DNA of 32,000 bases from Candidatus Saccharimonadota bacterium. Its GTDB lineage: Bacteria; Pseudomonadota; Gammaproteobacteria; Enterobacterales; Enterobacteriaceae. The notes below the pieces were generated by a model. That model made no database searches and was not told where the DNA came from. It saw only the letters and a program-made list of their open reading frames with translations. The position numbers and the translations under genes were made by a program. Location: the NCBI GenBank assembly GCA_000217635.1, contig CP001817.1, positions 412,926 to 444,925 of the forward strand, written 5' to 3'. Below are positions 1-9,450 of the stretch, one piece after another. Each line of letters opens with the position of its first letter. Positions within the stretch are counted from its first letter, which is position 1.

Positions 1-158
1 TCATTTTAATTTTAATCACAATAATTAATCTATAAATTATATATTATTTATTACGGAATAAAATCCATAGTATTGTAATAGATTTTAATTAAATAAATAT
101 AAAAAACAATATACGTTTATAAAATTATCACTTTTTAATAAGGTAACATAAATTAATC

Positions 159-573
159 ATGTTAATTATAGCCTTTGATTACGGGATAAAAAACATTGGC
201 ATAGCAATTTCTGAAACAAAGTTATTATACGCACAGCCTATTTGTACAATTAAAAATAAAAATTGGCTTGAAATAGATAAAATTATTAAAATTTGGTTAC
301 CATTGTTAATAATTGTTGGATATCCAATAGACATGAATGGAAAAAAACAAAAAATTACAAAAAAAAAGTTGATAAATTTTGTAATCAACTAAAAAAAGAT
401 ATAGTATTCCAATTATTATACATGATGAACGACTTACTACAATTGAAGCTAAATCAGTTATCTTTCAAAAAGGTGGGTATAAAGCTTTAGAAAAAACATG
501 TATTCATTCAACTGCAGCAAAAATTATTTTAGAAAGTTGGTTAAAAACTCAATATAAAAAAACAATTAAATAA
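159..573 (+). pseudogene. ruvX: YqgF/RuvX-family nuclease (putative Holliday-junction resolvase / pre-16S rRNA nuclease), broken by two same-direction frameshifts
   Basis: ORF 159..392 aligns to the E. coli YqgF N-terminus (AFDYGIKNIGIA ~ AFDFGTKSIGVA; IIVGYPIDMNG ~ IIVGLPLNMDG). The alignment continues as VDKFCNQLKK in a second frame, then as RYSIPIIIHDERLTTIEAK...AAKIILESW in a third frame, ending at TAA 571..573. The frame switches fall at A9 359..367 and A7 391..397. Confidence 0.8.
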
Positions 574-763
574 ATAATAATTAATTTTTTAAATAATAAA
601 AAAATTAATTATTCAATATAATTAATATTATATTATTATAATGTAATATGTAAATGTTCCGGTACAATAACTAACTTAACAATAAGTTATGTATCCCAAC
701 ATAAAAAAATTTATAAAATATAAATATATTAATAAAATTTATATTTCATATATTAAAAAACCT

Positions 764-1463
764 TTATAATTTATAAATATATTCAAATATTATATTACCT
801 AAATTGATTCCTCGTTTTTCATAATTTGTTTGATATGAGAAATATTTTTGATTACATTTTTTATGTATATTAATTCTTTTAAAAAAATTATATTTTAAAA
901 AATTTTTTTATATGATAAGCATAAGAAAGACAATCTGTTTTAATATATATTATACCATTAGTCATTAATTTTTTAGATAATAACTTAATAAATACATCTG
1001 TTATTATTCTTCTTTTATGATGTTTTCGTTTAGGCCAAGGGTCAGGAAAAAAAATTTGTACCATAGTTAATATCTTGTTAGGAATCATATATAAAAAAAC
1101 ATCAATAGCATCATAATTTATAATTTTAATATTATTAATATTATATAAATTAGCATATTTTATATTAGATAATATACCAGGAAAATAAACTTCAATACCT
1201 AAAAAATTTATATTAGGATAATATTCGGCTTTTTTAACAAAATATTCTCGCGAACCAAAACCGATATCTACAATAATAGGTTTATTATTTTCAAATATAT
1301 CTTGTAAGGATATATAATTATTTGTATATGTAATTCCAAATTGCGCCCATAATTTCTGTATGATATTAGAGGAATTTAAAAAATTTGTTTTTCTATATCT
1401 TAATACATAACTTTTTGTTTTATAATTAGTATGAAACAGTTGAAAATTAAAACAATCTTTCAT
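764..1463 (-). CDS. trmB: tRNA (guanine-N7)-methyltransferase TrmB, C-terminal ~45 codons displaced by one frameshift
   Basis: The core matches E. coli TrmB (VDIGFGSREY ~ LEIGFGMGAS; VQIFFPDPWPKRKHHKRR ~ VQLFFPDPWHKARHNKRR). The likely start is ATG 1463, with AGGAAG 6 nt upstream. The track start at 1553 is a TTG that overlaps the mutY start. The conserved tail TNYEKRGINLGNIIFEYIYKL (~[23 protein letters not shown]) is open in another frame down to TAA 764..766. The switch lies inside the A7T6A4 tract at 893..909. Confidence 0.8.
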
Positions 1464-1538
1464 TATCATCTTCCTAAAATAATTAATTAAATTAATATAA
1501 TCAATAATTATTTTTAAAAATATATAAGAGATATATTT

Positions 1539-2582
1539 ATGATTTTTTCGCAAAAAATTTTAAATTGGTATCACAATAATGGACGTAAAAATCTTCCGTG
1601 GAAAAAAAATAATAATATATATTATATTTGGATTTCTGAAATTATGTTGCAAAGAACACAAGTTAAAAAAGTAATTCCTTATTATATAAAATTTATAAAA
1701 AATTTTCCTACTATAAAAATATTATTAAAAAATCCAATTGAAAAAATATTATATTTTTGGAGTGGATTAGGATTTTATCAAAGGGTACATAATATATATA
1801 AAACTGCTCATATCATACAAAAAAAATATCAAGGAAATTTTCCTACTACGCTTCCGGAAATAAAAAATTTACCGGGCATTGGAAAAACTACAGCTCATGC
1901 TATTTTATCCTTTTCTAAAAATTATTGTTATCCAATATTAGATTCTAATATTAAACGTATATTATTACGATATTATTTTTCTACTAAAAAAAAATTTTAT
2001 TTTCTGAAAAAAAAACTATGGAATATAATTAATCAATTAATTCCCGTACATTATGCTGAAAAATTTAATCAAGGTATGATGGATCTTGGTGCCTTGATTT
2101 GTCATTATAAAAATCCTGAATGTTTATTATGTCCATTAAAAAATCAATGTAACTATTATAAAACAAAACAATCAAATATTGAAAAATTATTTATCAAAAA
2201 GTTTTCGAAAAAAAAAATTGGCATGACTTTTATAATATTAAACTATAAAAACTTTATTTTATTACAAAAACAAAAAACACAAAAATTTTGGAAATCTTTA
2301 TTTTGTTTTCCGATTCATTACTTTTCTATTACAGATAATATATGGAAAAATATAAAAAATATAAAAAATAACGTATTTAAAATTATACCTCCTTTTATTC
2401 ATCACTTTAGTCATATAAAATTATATATAACTGTATGCTTAATACCAATTAAAAAAAACAAAATAAAAATAAATCTTCAAAAAAAAGATCTCTGGTATGA
2501 TATATTTTGTCCTCCAAAAATTGGAATACCTTCACCGGTTTCTAAAATTATTACAATTATTAAACAATACGGAAATAAAATT
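1539..2582 (+). CDS. mutY: A/G-specific adenine DNA glycosylase MutY, with no stop codon before yggX
   Basis: [17 protein letters not shown] and the 4-Cys Fe-S motif [17 protein letters not shown] align with E. coli MutY. The C-terminus [15 protein letters not shown] aligns with GLAAPVERLLQQL. The frame then runs directly into the yggX ATG at 2583. Confidence 0.85.
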
Positions 2583-2821
2583 ATGAAAAAAATAAAACCT
2601 CGCACTATTTTTTGTACATTTCTAAAAAAAGAAGCTTTAGGATTGGATTATCCATTTTATCCTGGCGAAATAGGAAATAAAATATATAATGAAATTTCTC
2701 AAGAAGCATGGCAACATTGGATAAAAAAACAAACAAAAATTATAAATGAAAAAAATTAAATATGTTTTTAGAAGATGATAGAAAAAAACTAGAAAAAGAA
2801 ATGATAAAATTTTTATTTTAA
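2583..2821 (+). CDS. yggX: Fe(2+)-trafficking protein YggX, in frame with mutY and with a 3' frameshift
   Basis: [43 protein letters not shown] aligns with E. coli [39 protein letters not shown]. The ORF stops at 2757..2759. The tail [21 protein letters not shown] (~[21 protein letters not shown]) continues in another frame to TAA 2819..2821. The switch is at A7 2749..2755. Confidence 0.85.
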
Positions 2822-2859
2822 AAAAAATAAATAGATAGTTAAATGTTCATTTAAAATAT

Positions 2860-2879
2860 TGCGCTTGCTATAAAGCGCA
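2860..2879 (+). terminator. GC-rich stem-loop downstream of yggX (tgcgctt / loop gctata / aagcgca)
   Basis: A perfect 7-bp stem with five G:C pairs sits in otherwise nearly pure AT spacer, 39 nt after the yggX stop. It has no clean T-run after it. Confidence 0.45.
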
Positions 2880-3144
2880 TATTATAAAAATATTTATCAA
2901 AAAATAAAAAATAAATTAATTTAAATAATTAAAAAAAAAATAATAAATCAATGTTTTTATTATAATTTTTTAGTAAAAAGAAAATTTTAATTTTGAAACT
3001 CTATAAAATATAAAAGATATATTTTAAATGCACGTATAAAATATACTGTTATATATAAACAAAAAATTTTAAAAAACCTATCTTCACTTTTATAATTTTA
3101 TAAAAATAAAAATTACTTTATATTCAAAATATTTTTTATAAAAT

Positions 3145-4580
3145 TTAACAAAAATTATTAATTTTATATATTAATTTATCAACATACTTTATTAATTTCT
3201 TTAATAAATATAATTTTTTAAAATTGTCATAATATTTAATTTTTAAAAAATAAATTTTATTAAAATATTCTGTTATTAATTTAGAATTTACTATATTTTG
3301 ACAATGTTTTTTCCAAATTTTCTTTTCTAATAAATTTAAAGAATGAGGAAAATTTCTCGCCCGTAATCTAAAAATAATTTTCTTTAAACGAACATCAAAA
3401 AAATCTATATTTTTAATTTTCCAAAATTCTGGAGAAGTTTTTATGTAATAAATTTAGTAATAATTTATCTTTATAATTAAAAAAACTATCATATAACATT
3501 AAATCTATATTTTTCGATTTAGCTATTTTTAAATTATAATTATTTGAAAAAACAGAAATAACCCATTTTTTTATAGCATTATTATGAAAAAATAAAAAAA
3601 AATTTTTTTGATATTTCATATAATTTAGTTTAAGTCTCTGGCACGATTTTTCAGATAATGAATTATATTTAAAAAACATAGGTGATTTATTTAAATAAAT
3701 AACTTTCATTCCTAATAATAATAAATCATGTATTTTATAATTAATATTATTAGAGTTTTGATACAATGAAAAAATATCTTTAAAACTAGCATTTAAATCA
3801 AAAACTAAAAGTAGATTATTATTATTTGGATGATAACCAATAACCATGATACAACTAATATTTTTTTTTTTAGAACCAAAAATATTAGATATATAAAAAA
3901 ATGGTTTTTGATAATTTAAATTAATAAATTTTATTATGTTTTTTTTTTGAGAATTTTTATATAACTTAAAAAAAAAATTTTTATTTGTAAACATAATAAC
4001 CTTGCCACTTCAATTGTTGCCAGAACATCCGACGAAGCATCATGAACATTAGCATGAGTAATATTATTTATTTTTGTAAAATCAGATAACTTAAAACTAA
4101 CATAACCTTTAGAATTTTTAGGCCAAAAAATATTTTTTGGATAATAAATATAAAATGCTCTTAAAACATTTAACATATCCCAAGTAGAATTTCCATTCTT
4201 CCAAGACCATTCATATGGATCAAAACAATTTCTATAAAATATATTACGTGTAATTAAATTATCAAATTTTAAATTATTAAATCCAATAATACATGTATTT
4301 TTTTTCATAAAATATTATATATTTTTTTGAAAAAAATATTCATTAATACCTATTTTACATAAATCTTGGGGTAATATTTGAGTAATTAATATAGCATTAG
4401 GATTAGGTAAATAATCTAACGGAGGGATACAAAAAAATTTTTTTTATCAATTATATTAAAAGATAAATCTGTTCTAATGCTAGAAAATTGAGCGGGTTTA
4501 TCTAAAGCTGTATCTGTTCCAAAAGTTTCATAATCATAAAATAAAAAACTTTTACATAATGTATTATATTTTTTAAACAT
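3145..4580 (-). pseudogene. sbcB: Exodeoxyribonuclease I (SbcB) pseudogene, full length but with at least 3 frameshifts and 1 nonsense codon
   Basis: Four collinear pieces match E. coli SbcB. Piece 1: FLFYDYETFGTDTALDKPAQFSSIRTD (start ATG 4580). Piece 2: CIIGFNNLKFDNLITRNIFYRNCFDPYEWSW...HANVHDASSDV. Piece 3 is the middle ORF 3413..3994. Piece 4 is the tail FRLRARNFPHSL...KKLYLLKKL, ending at TAA 3145..3147. Frame breaks lie at 4431..4445, about 3995..4006 and about 3412..3430. There is an in-frame TAA at 4315..4317. Confidence 0.85.
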
Positions 4581-4632
4581 ATAAATATAACTCTAAAAAA
4601 TAATTATTTAAATAATAAAAATTTCATATAAA

Positions 4633-4705
4633 CTCCCCTGACTGGACTCGAACCAGTGACATACGGATTAACAGTCCGCCGTTCTACCAACTGAACTACA
4701 GAGGA
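4633..4705 (-). tRNA. tRNA-Asn (anticodon GTT)
   Basis: The reverse complement tcctctgtagttcagttggtagaacggcggactGTTaatccgtatgtcactggttcgagtccagtcaggggag is near-identical to E. coli tRNA-Asn. CCA is not encoded. Confidence 0.9.
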
Positions 4706-4900
4706 ATAATTTAAATTTATAACATAAAAATTTAAATAAATCAATTAAAAAAAAACAAGAAAAATGAATAATAAAAAATTTATATATTTTTCATAATCTT
4801 AAAAAAAATATTTATATATATTTATTTTTTTAATAAAAAATATAGATTACTAAAAAAATTTGTTTTATAATATAAATATAATACTTTTAAAAAAATATTC

Positions 4901-4973
4901 GGCCCCTTAGCTCAGTGGTTAGAGCACACGACTCATAATCGTTTGGTCGCTGGTTCAAATCCAGCAGGGGCCA
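4901..4973 (+). tRNA. ileX: tRNA-Ile2 (anticodon CAT, lysidine type; ileX-like)
   Basis: ggccccttagctcagtggttagagcacacgactCATaatcgtttggtcgctggttcaaatccagcaggggcca matches E. coli ileX along the acceptor, D and T arms. It does not match elongator or initiator tRNA-Met. Confidence 0.8.
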
Positions 4974-5003
4974 ATTTTTAATATAATAAAAAATATTTTT
5001 TAA

Positions 5004-5426
5004 TTAAAAAATAAAATTCACCTTAATATTTAAATATGAAATAAATACTAAGTGAGCAATTATTTCACCGGGATTTAAATAAAAATTTAACTTACCACGA
5101 TTCCAAATAGATAACTTTAATTCACCTTCATATAATGTTTTTATATGTTCGATAAAATTTCCAAAAACAATATTTTTTGTATAACCTAATCCAGAACGAG
5201 GTAAAAGTAAGTATTGAATATCGCTAGGAACGATATCAAAACCTCGTAAAGAAATACCTGTTGATAATAATTTAGAACAATTAGGAGAAATACATAATAT
5301 TTCTTTATTAAGACATGTTCGCAAATACAACCCAACAACTCCATGAATACGATGTAAAAATAAAGGGAATATTGAATATCTATGAATATCCAAAATTTTT
5401 AAATTAATTATACTTTTTTTACACAT
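5004..5426 (-). CDS. dut: dUTPase-family ORF with eroded catalytic motifs (possibly inactive)
   Basis: The ORF is collinear with E. coli Dut (LLPRSGLG ~ MLPRSGLG; SIWNRG ~ SVWNRG; PGEIIAHL ~ PGERIAQM). However, GSAGLDLRA is HGVVGLYLRT here and GLIDSDYQG is EHIKTLYEG. The C-terminal RGEGGFGHSG motif is absent, because the stop lies 30 nt from tRNA-Ile2. Confidence 0.7.
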   Translation of the reverse strand: MCKKSIINLKILDIHRYSIFPLFLHRIHGVVGLYLRTCLNKEILCISPNCSKLLSTGISLRGFDIVPSDIQYLLLPRSGLGYTKNIVFGNFIEHIKTLYEGELKLSIWNRGKLNFYLNPGEIIAHLVFISYLNIKVNFIF

Positions 5427-5523
5427 AAATATATCCTGTATAATTTCAAAAATCTTGTCTTAATCTATAAAAAACGTAAATTTAAATTAAAAATTAAAAA
5501 TAATATTATAAATTATATTAAAA

Positions 5524-5979
5524 TTATGAATTAGAATTAATAATCGAGATACTTATATTAGTACATATTCCTTTATATGGAGAAAAAATTACAGTATGTT
5601 CCCCTAAATAGCGCAACAAACCATTTGGTAGTTTAATTTCTTGTTTTTTTACAAAAATACCTTGTAAAGCAAGAGATTTAATAATATCTGAAACTCCAAC
5701 AGAACCAAAAATTTTTTTCTTTTCACTAGATTTTTTATAAATAATAATTGACTTTATCGATTGAATTTTTTTAATTCGCACATTAGCTTCGAGTATTTTT
5801 TCATTTTGTTGTTTTTCTAAATTTAATATAGAATTTTCAAACTTTTTAATATTTTTATTGGTTGCTAAAATTACTTTTTCTTTTGGAATTAAATAATTAC
5901 GAGCATATCCATTTTTTACATGAATTAATTGACCCGATTTTCCTAATTTTTTTATTGTAACTAGTAAAATTACTTTCAT
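5524..5979 (-). CDS. rplI: 50S ribosomal protein L9
   Basis: MKVILLVTIKKLGKSGQLIHVKNGYARNYLIPKEKV matches the L9 N-terminal domain. The gene also keeps the rpsF-rpsR-rplI synteny. Confidence 0.9.
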   Translation of the reverse strand: MKVILLVTIKKLGKSGQLIHVKNGYARNYLIPKEKVILATNKNIKKFENSILNLEKQQNEKILEANVRIKKIQSIKSIIIYKKSSEKKKIFGSVGVSDIIKSLALQGIFVKKQEIKLPNGLLRYLGEHTVIFSPYKGICTNISISIINSNS

Positions 5980-6053
5980 AAATTAATTACATCCTATAAA
6001 TCTTTAAATTTTTAAAAAAAATTATTTTTGTTTTTTATATTCAAATTTATTTA

Positions 6054-6281
6054 TTACTGATGTTGATCGGTATATGGGATCAGAGCTAAATAACGCGCTA
6101 TTTTAATTGCTTTTGATAATTGTCGTTGATATTTTGCTTTAGTTCCAGTAATGCGACTTGGAACAATTTTTCCACTTTCAGTAATATAATTTTTTAACAT
6201 CACAATATCTTTGTAATCAACATATTTAATTCCTTCAGCTGTAAATCTACAAAATTTTCTACGACGAAAATAACGTGCCAT
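6054..6281 (-). CDS. rpsR: 30S ribosomal protein S18
   Basis: [25 protein letters not shown]...[17 protein letters not shown] is close to E. coli S18. Confidence 0.95.
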   Translation of the reverse strand: MARYFRRRKFCRFTAEGIKYVDYKDIVMLKNYITESGKIVPSRITGTKAKYQRQLSKAIKIARYLALIPYTDQHQ

Positions 6282-6403
6282 ATCTATTTCCTTGTATATT
6301 ATAAATGAATAAAATTAAAAAAAACACAATGAATAATTTGATATTTATTTACTGAAATAAAATTTTTAATTATTTTTATAAACTATTAATTTTAGTAGAT
6401 TTT

Positions 6404-6754
6404 TTAGATAACAAAAAATATTTTTTTATTATCATTTTTTATTTTTAACATTGGAGAAATCTTTTTTATTGATTTTTTATTTATCAAAATTAAACTTCGA
6501 ATAATGTTATTATTAAATTTAAAATGTCTTTCTAATTCCTTTATTAACGGAACCGTTGCTTTAATATTCATTAATAAAAAATGAGCTTTTCTTAACTTTT
6601 GAATTGCATACGATAAAGATTTTCGACCCCAATCTTCTAAACGATAAATCTTTCCTTTATTAAGGATAATAATTTTTTTATATATATCAATAATATGAGT
6701 AATGTTTTCACTTTGATCGGGACGAATTATTAATATAATTTCATAATACCGCAT
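6404..6754 (-). CDS. rpsF: 30S ribosomal protein S6
   Basis: MRYYEIILIIRPDQSE...RLEDWGRKSLSYAIQKLRKAHF matches S6. There is no priB between rpsF and rpsR, only a 122-bp gap. Confidence 0.9.
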   Translation of the reverse strand: MRYYEIILIIRPDQSENITHIIDIYKKIIILNKGKIYRLEDWGRKSLSYAIQKLRKAHFLLMNIKATVPLIKELERHFKFNNNIIRSLILINKKSIKKISPMLKIKNDNKKIFFVI

Positions 6755-7006
6755 ATCTCTGATTCCTTTATTATTACTTTATAAAAATAATTTTAAATTT
6801 TTCCTAATATTATATTTTAACGTAAATATCTATAAAACTCAATGATATTATCAGCACAATTAAATAAATCTTAAATATTAAAATTTTCTCTATAAATAAT
6901 AAAAGTAGTTTTTTTAAAATAAAATAAAAAAAAAGCATTTATATATATAAAAAAATTAATAAATTTATATATTATTAGAGTAAAAAAAATTATAATAATA
7001 ACGTAA

Positions 7007-7981
7007 CTAATTATTTATAATAAATTTTAAATTAATAAAAGTATTATTTTTTGTAATAAATGATTTTTTTATTTTTTTCATTAATATATCTTTATTATTA
7101 TCATAAATTAAATTAATATTTTTCCATTTACGTAACCATGTAAGTTGATGTTTTACAAGTTTACGCGTTGCCTGTAATGTATTACATATCATTTCTTGGT
7201 AAGTACATTTTTTTTCTAAATATTCCCACATTTGTTTATAACCAATGCTATTCATGAAAGGAAATGTATTTTTCCGAGATATTTGAGTATATAAATTTCG
7301 TACTTCTTCTTCTAAACCATTATTTAACATCTTTTGAAAACGAACACTAATTTTATTATATAATTTCTTTTTATTATATGGAATTAAAGCAAATTGAAAC
7401 ACTTGATAAGGTAATTTTTTCTGACTTAAAGTTAATAATTTACTTAATGGAACTCCTCCAGAAACAAAAAAAACTTCTAAAGCTCTAATCACTCTTTGTA
7501 CATCATTTATATGTATTTTAGAACTAGATGCAAAATCTACTTGTTTTAATCCATTAAATAATTTATTTTTATCAGCACAAAACAAATTGTTAAAGATGTA
7601 ATCTCTAATTTTTTGATTAGATGTTGGAAGAGTAACTAAACCGTCTAATAAAGCTTTAAAATATAACATAGACCCTCCTACAAAAAAAGGAATTTTTTTT
7701 AAAGAGAATATATGTTTTATTTCTTTATATGCATCAATACAAAAATCAGCGGCAGAATAATTTTCATATATATTCTTAATATTAATTAATCTATAAGGTG
7801 TTTCGAAAAGTTGTTTTTCTGTTGGTTTATCTGTACCTATATTTAATTCTTTATATACTAATTTAGAGTCTACACTTAATAATTCTATATTTGAAAATTT
7901 TTTTTTACTTCCATTGAAAATAAACTTTTTCCGATAGCCGTTGGTCCCATTAAAAAAAAATACTATGCGTTTAAATTTCAT
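7007..7981 (-). CDS. miaA: tRNA dimethylallyltransferase MiaA; the P-loop segment is out of frame between two compensating homopolymer shifts
   Basis: LLSVDSKLVYKELNIGTDKP, FFVGGSMLYFKALLDGL, QRVIRALEV and GYKQMWEYL align to E. coli MiaA. The ATG-frame N-terminus reads FFFNGTNGYRKKFIFNGSKKK. The alternative frame between 7906 and 7959 reads FFLMGPTAIGKSLFSMEVKK (~[20 protein letters not shown]). Confidence 0.85.
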   Translation of the reverse strand: MKFKRIVFFFNGTNGYRKKFIFNGSKKKFSNIELLSVDSKLVYKELNIGTDKPTEKQLFETPYRLINIKNIYENYSAADFCIDAYKEIKHIFSLKKIPFFVGGSMLYFKALLDGLVTLPTSNQKIRDYIFNNLFCADKNKLFNGLKQVDFASSSKIHINDVQRVIRALEVFFVSGGVPLSKLLTLSQKKLPYQVFQFALIPYNKKKLYNKISVRFQKMLNNGLEEEVRNLYTQISRKNTFPFMNSIGYKQMWEYLEKKCTYQEMICNTLQATRKLVKHQLTWLRKWKNINLIYDNNKDILMKKIKKSFITKNNTFINLKFIINN

Positions 7982-8748
7982 ATATATTTTATATCTTTAT
8001 TTTTCTTTAAAAAAAATTTCATTTTCTTTAATATAATTAAAATTTTTATAATTAATATTACATACCAAATATATAATACTAATATTGCAAATTAATATTT
8101 CAATGTTAATTTTTTTATTAATATAATTCAGTCATAAAAATATGATATATAAAATTTTTAATAAAAAATTAAATATTATCATTTTAATTATCTTAAATTT
8201 TTTAAAATTAAAAACAAATAAAAAAATAATTCTATACATTATAAATATGTTTTTTATAAATAAGTATTTATAAAAATAAATATATAATAATATTTTTATA
8301 CAAAATAAAATTTATTAAAAATAAATCATTAATTTTGAATAAAAATATAACATATTATAAATCATGAATTAAAATTTAACTATCTTAAAAAATATATTTT
8401 AATTTTATAATTTTTATAATACATCATGATTATATTAATAATAAAATATTTTTTTTAAAATAAACGTATAAAATTTAATAAATAATTGTTATTGATGTTA
8501 TTATCTAATATAATAATTTTTTAAAAACTTTAAATAATAGTAACTTTTAAAAAAGTAATAATATTTCCTAATAATTTAAAATATATATACATATATTTTA
8601 TATATATTCTATAGTACATTTAACATTATCATTGATATAATCAATTAATTTAAAAAAATATTTTTTATTTTTTGATAAAAAATTAATGTATAGTGATATA
8701 TTATATATACAACACTATATAATATAAAAATAATTATTAAAATTAATA

Positions 8749-9300
8749 TTGATAAAAAAATGCATAAAAAAAAACTTAATTTGGATTGATTTAGAAATGA
8801 CAGGATTAAACCCTAAAATAGATCGAATTCTTGAAATCGCTTCCATTATTACTGACAAAAATTTAAATATTCTTGCAAAAGGTCCAAATATTCCGCTGTA
8901 TCATAATAAAACTGTATTAAAAAATATGCACTCTTTAACTTACTCTATACATCAAAAGAATGGATTAATTAAAGAGATTAAAAAAAGCAAATATGTAGAA
9001 AAAGACGCAGAAAGAAAAACAATAAAATTTCTAAAAAAATGGGTAAAAATTTATACTTCTCCGATATGTGGAAATAGTATTTCACAAGATCGAAATTTCT
9101 TAAAAAAGTTTATGCCAAAATTAGAATCATATTTCCATTATAGAAACATTGATGTAAGTACAATTAAAGAATTAGTTCAACGTTGGAATCCTACTTTAAT
9201 AAATCAAATAAAAAAAAAAAATATACATCGTGCTTTACCTGATATCTATGAATCTATTAAAGAATTATTATTTTATAAAAAATTTTTTTCAATAAATTAA
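8749..9300 (+). CDS. orn: Oligoribonuclease
   Basis: NLIWIDLEMTGLNPKIDRILEIA, SPICGNSISQDRNFL and YFHYRNIDVSTIKEL align to E. coli Orn. The in-frame start is TTG 8749. The nearest ATG (8760) is out of frame across A9 8766..8774. Confidence 0.9.
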   Translation: MIKKCIKKNLIWIDLEMTGLNPKIDRILEIASIITDKNLNILAKGPNIPLYHNKTVLKNMHSLTYSIHQKNGLIKEIKKSKYVEKDAERKTIKFLKKWVKIYTSPICGNSISQDRNFLKKFMPKLESYFHYRNIDVSTIKELVQRWNPTLINQIKKKNIHRALPDIYESIKELLFYKKFFSIN

Positions 9301-9377
9301 GATAATATATATCTTATTAATTAAATAAAACTTGCAAAAAAATATATATTTTATATAATAAAAATAATAAATATTAC

Positions 9378-9450
9378 GCGGGAATAGCTCAGCTGGAAGA
9401 GCGCAACCTTGCCAAGGTTGAGGTCGCGAGTTCAAATCTCGTTTCCCGCT
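9378..9450 (+). tRNA. tRNA-Gly (anticodon GCC)
   Basis: gcgggaatagctcagctggaagagcgcaaccttGCCaaggttgaggtcgcgagttcaaatctcgtttcccgct matches E. coli glyV-type tRNA. It lies directly after orn, as in E. coli. Confidence 0.9.

Noticed and set aside
179-388. 69-aa minus-strand ORF antisense to ruvX
   Set aside because: It lies entirely inside the ruvX homology region on the opposite strand, has a low-complexity F/I-rich sequence, and has no RBS or homology. It is a shadow ORF.
293-490. 65-aa plus-strand ORF listed separately in the track
   Set aside because: It is not an independent gene. Only its segment at about 368..397 (VDKFCNQLKK) carries YqgF homology, as the middle frame of the frameshifted ruvX.
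8251-8276. AT-only palindromes in the miaA-orn spacer (for example tttttataaata-ag-tatttataaaaa, and tatagtg/cactata at 8689..8719)
   Set aside because: In sequence this AT-rich, such palindromes arise by chance and would form negligible-stability hairpins. There is no supporting context.
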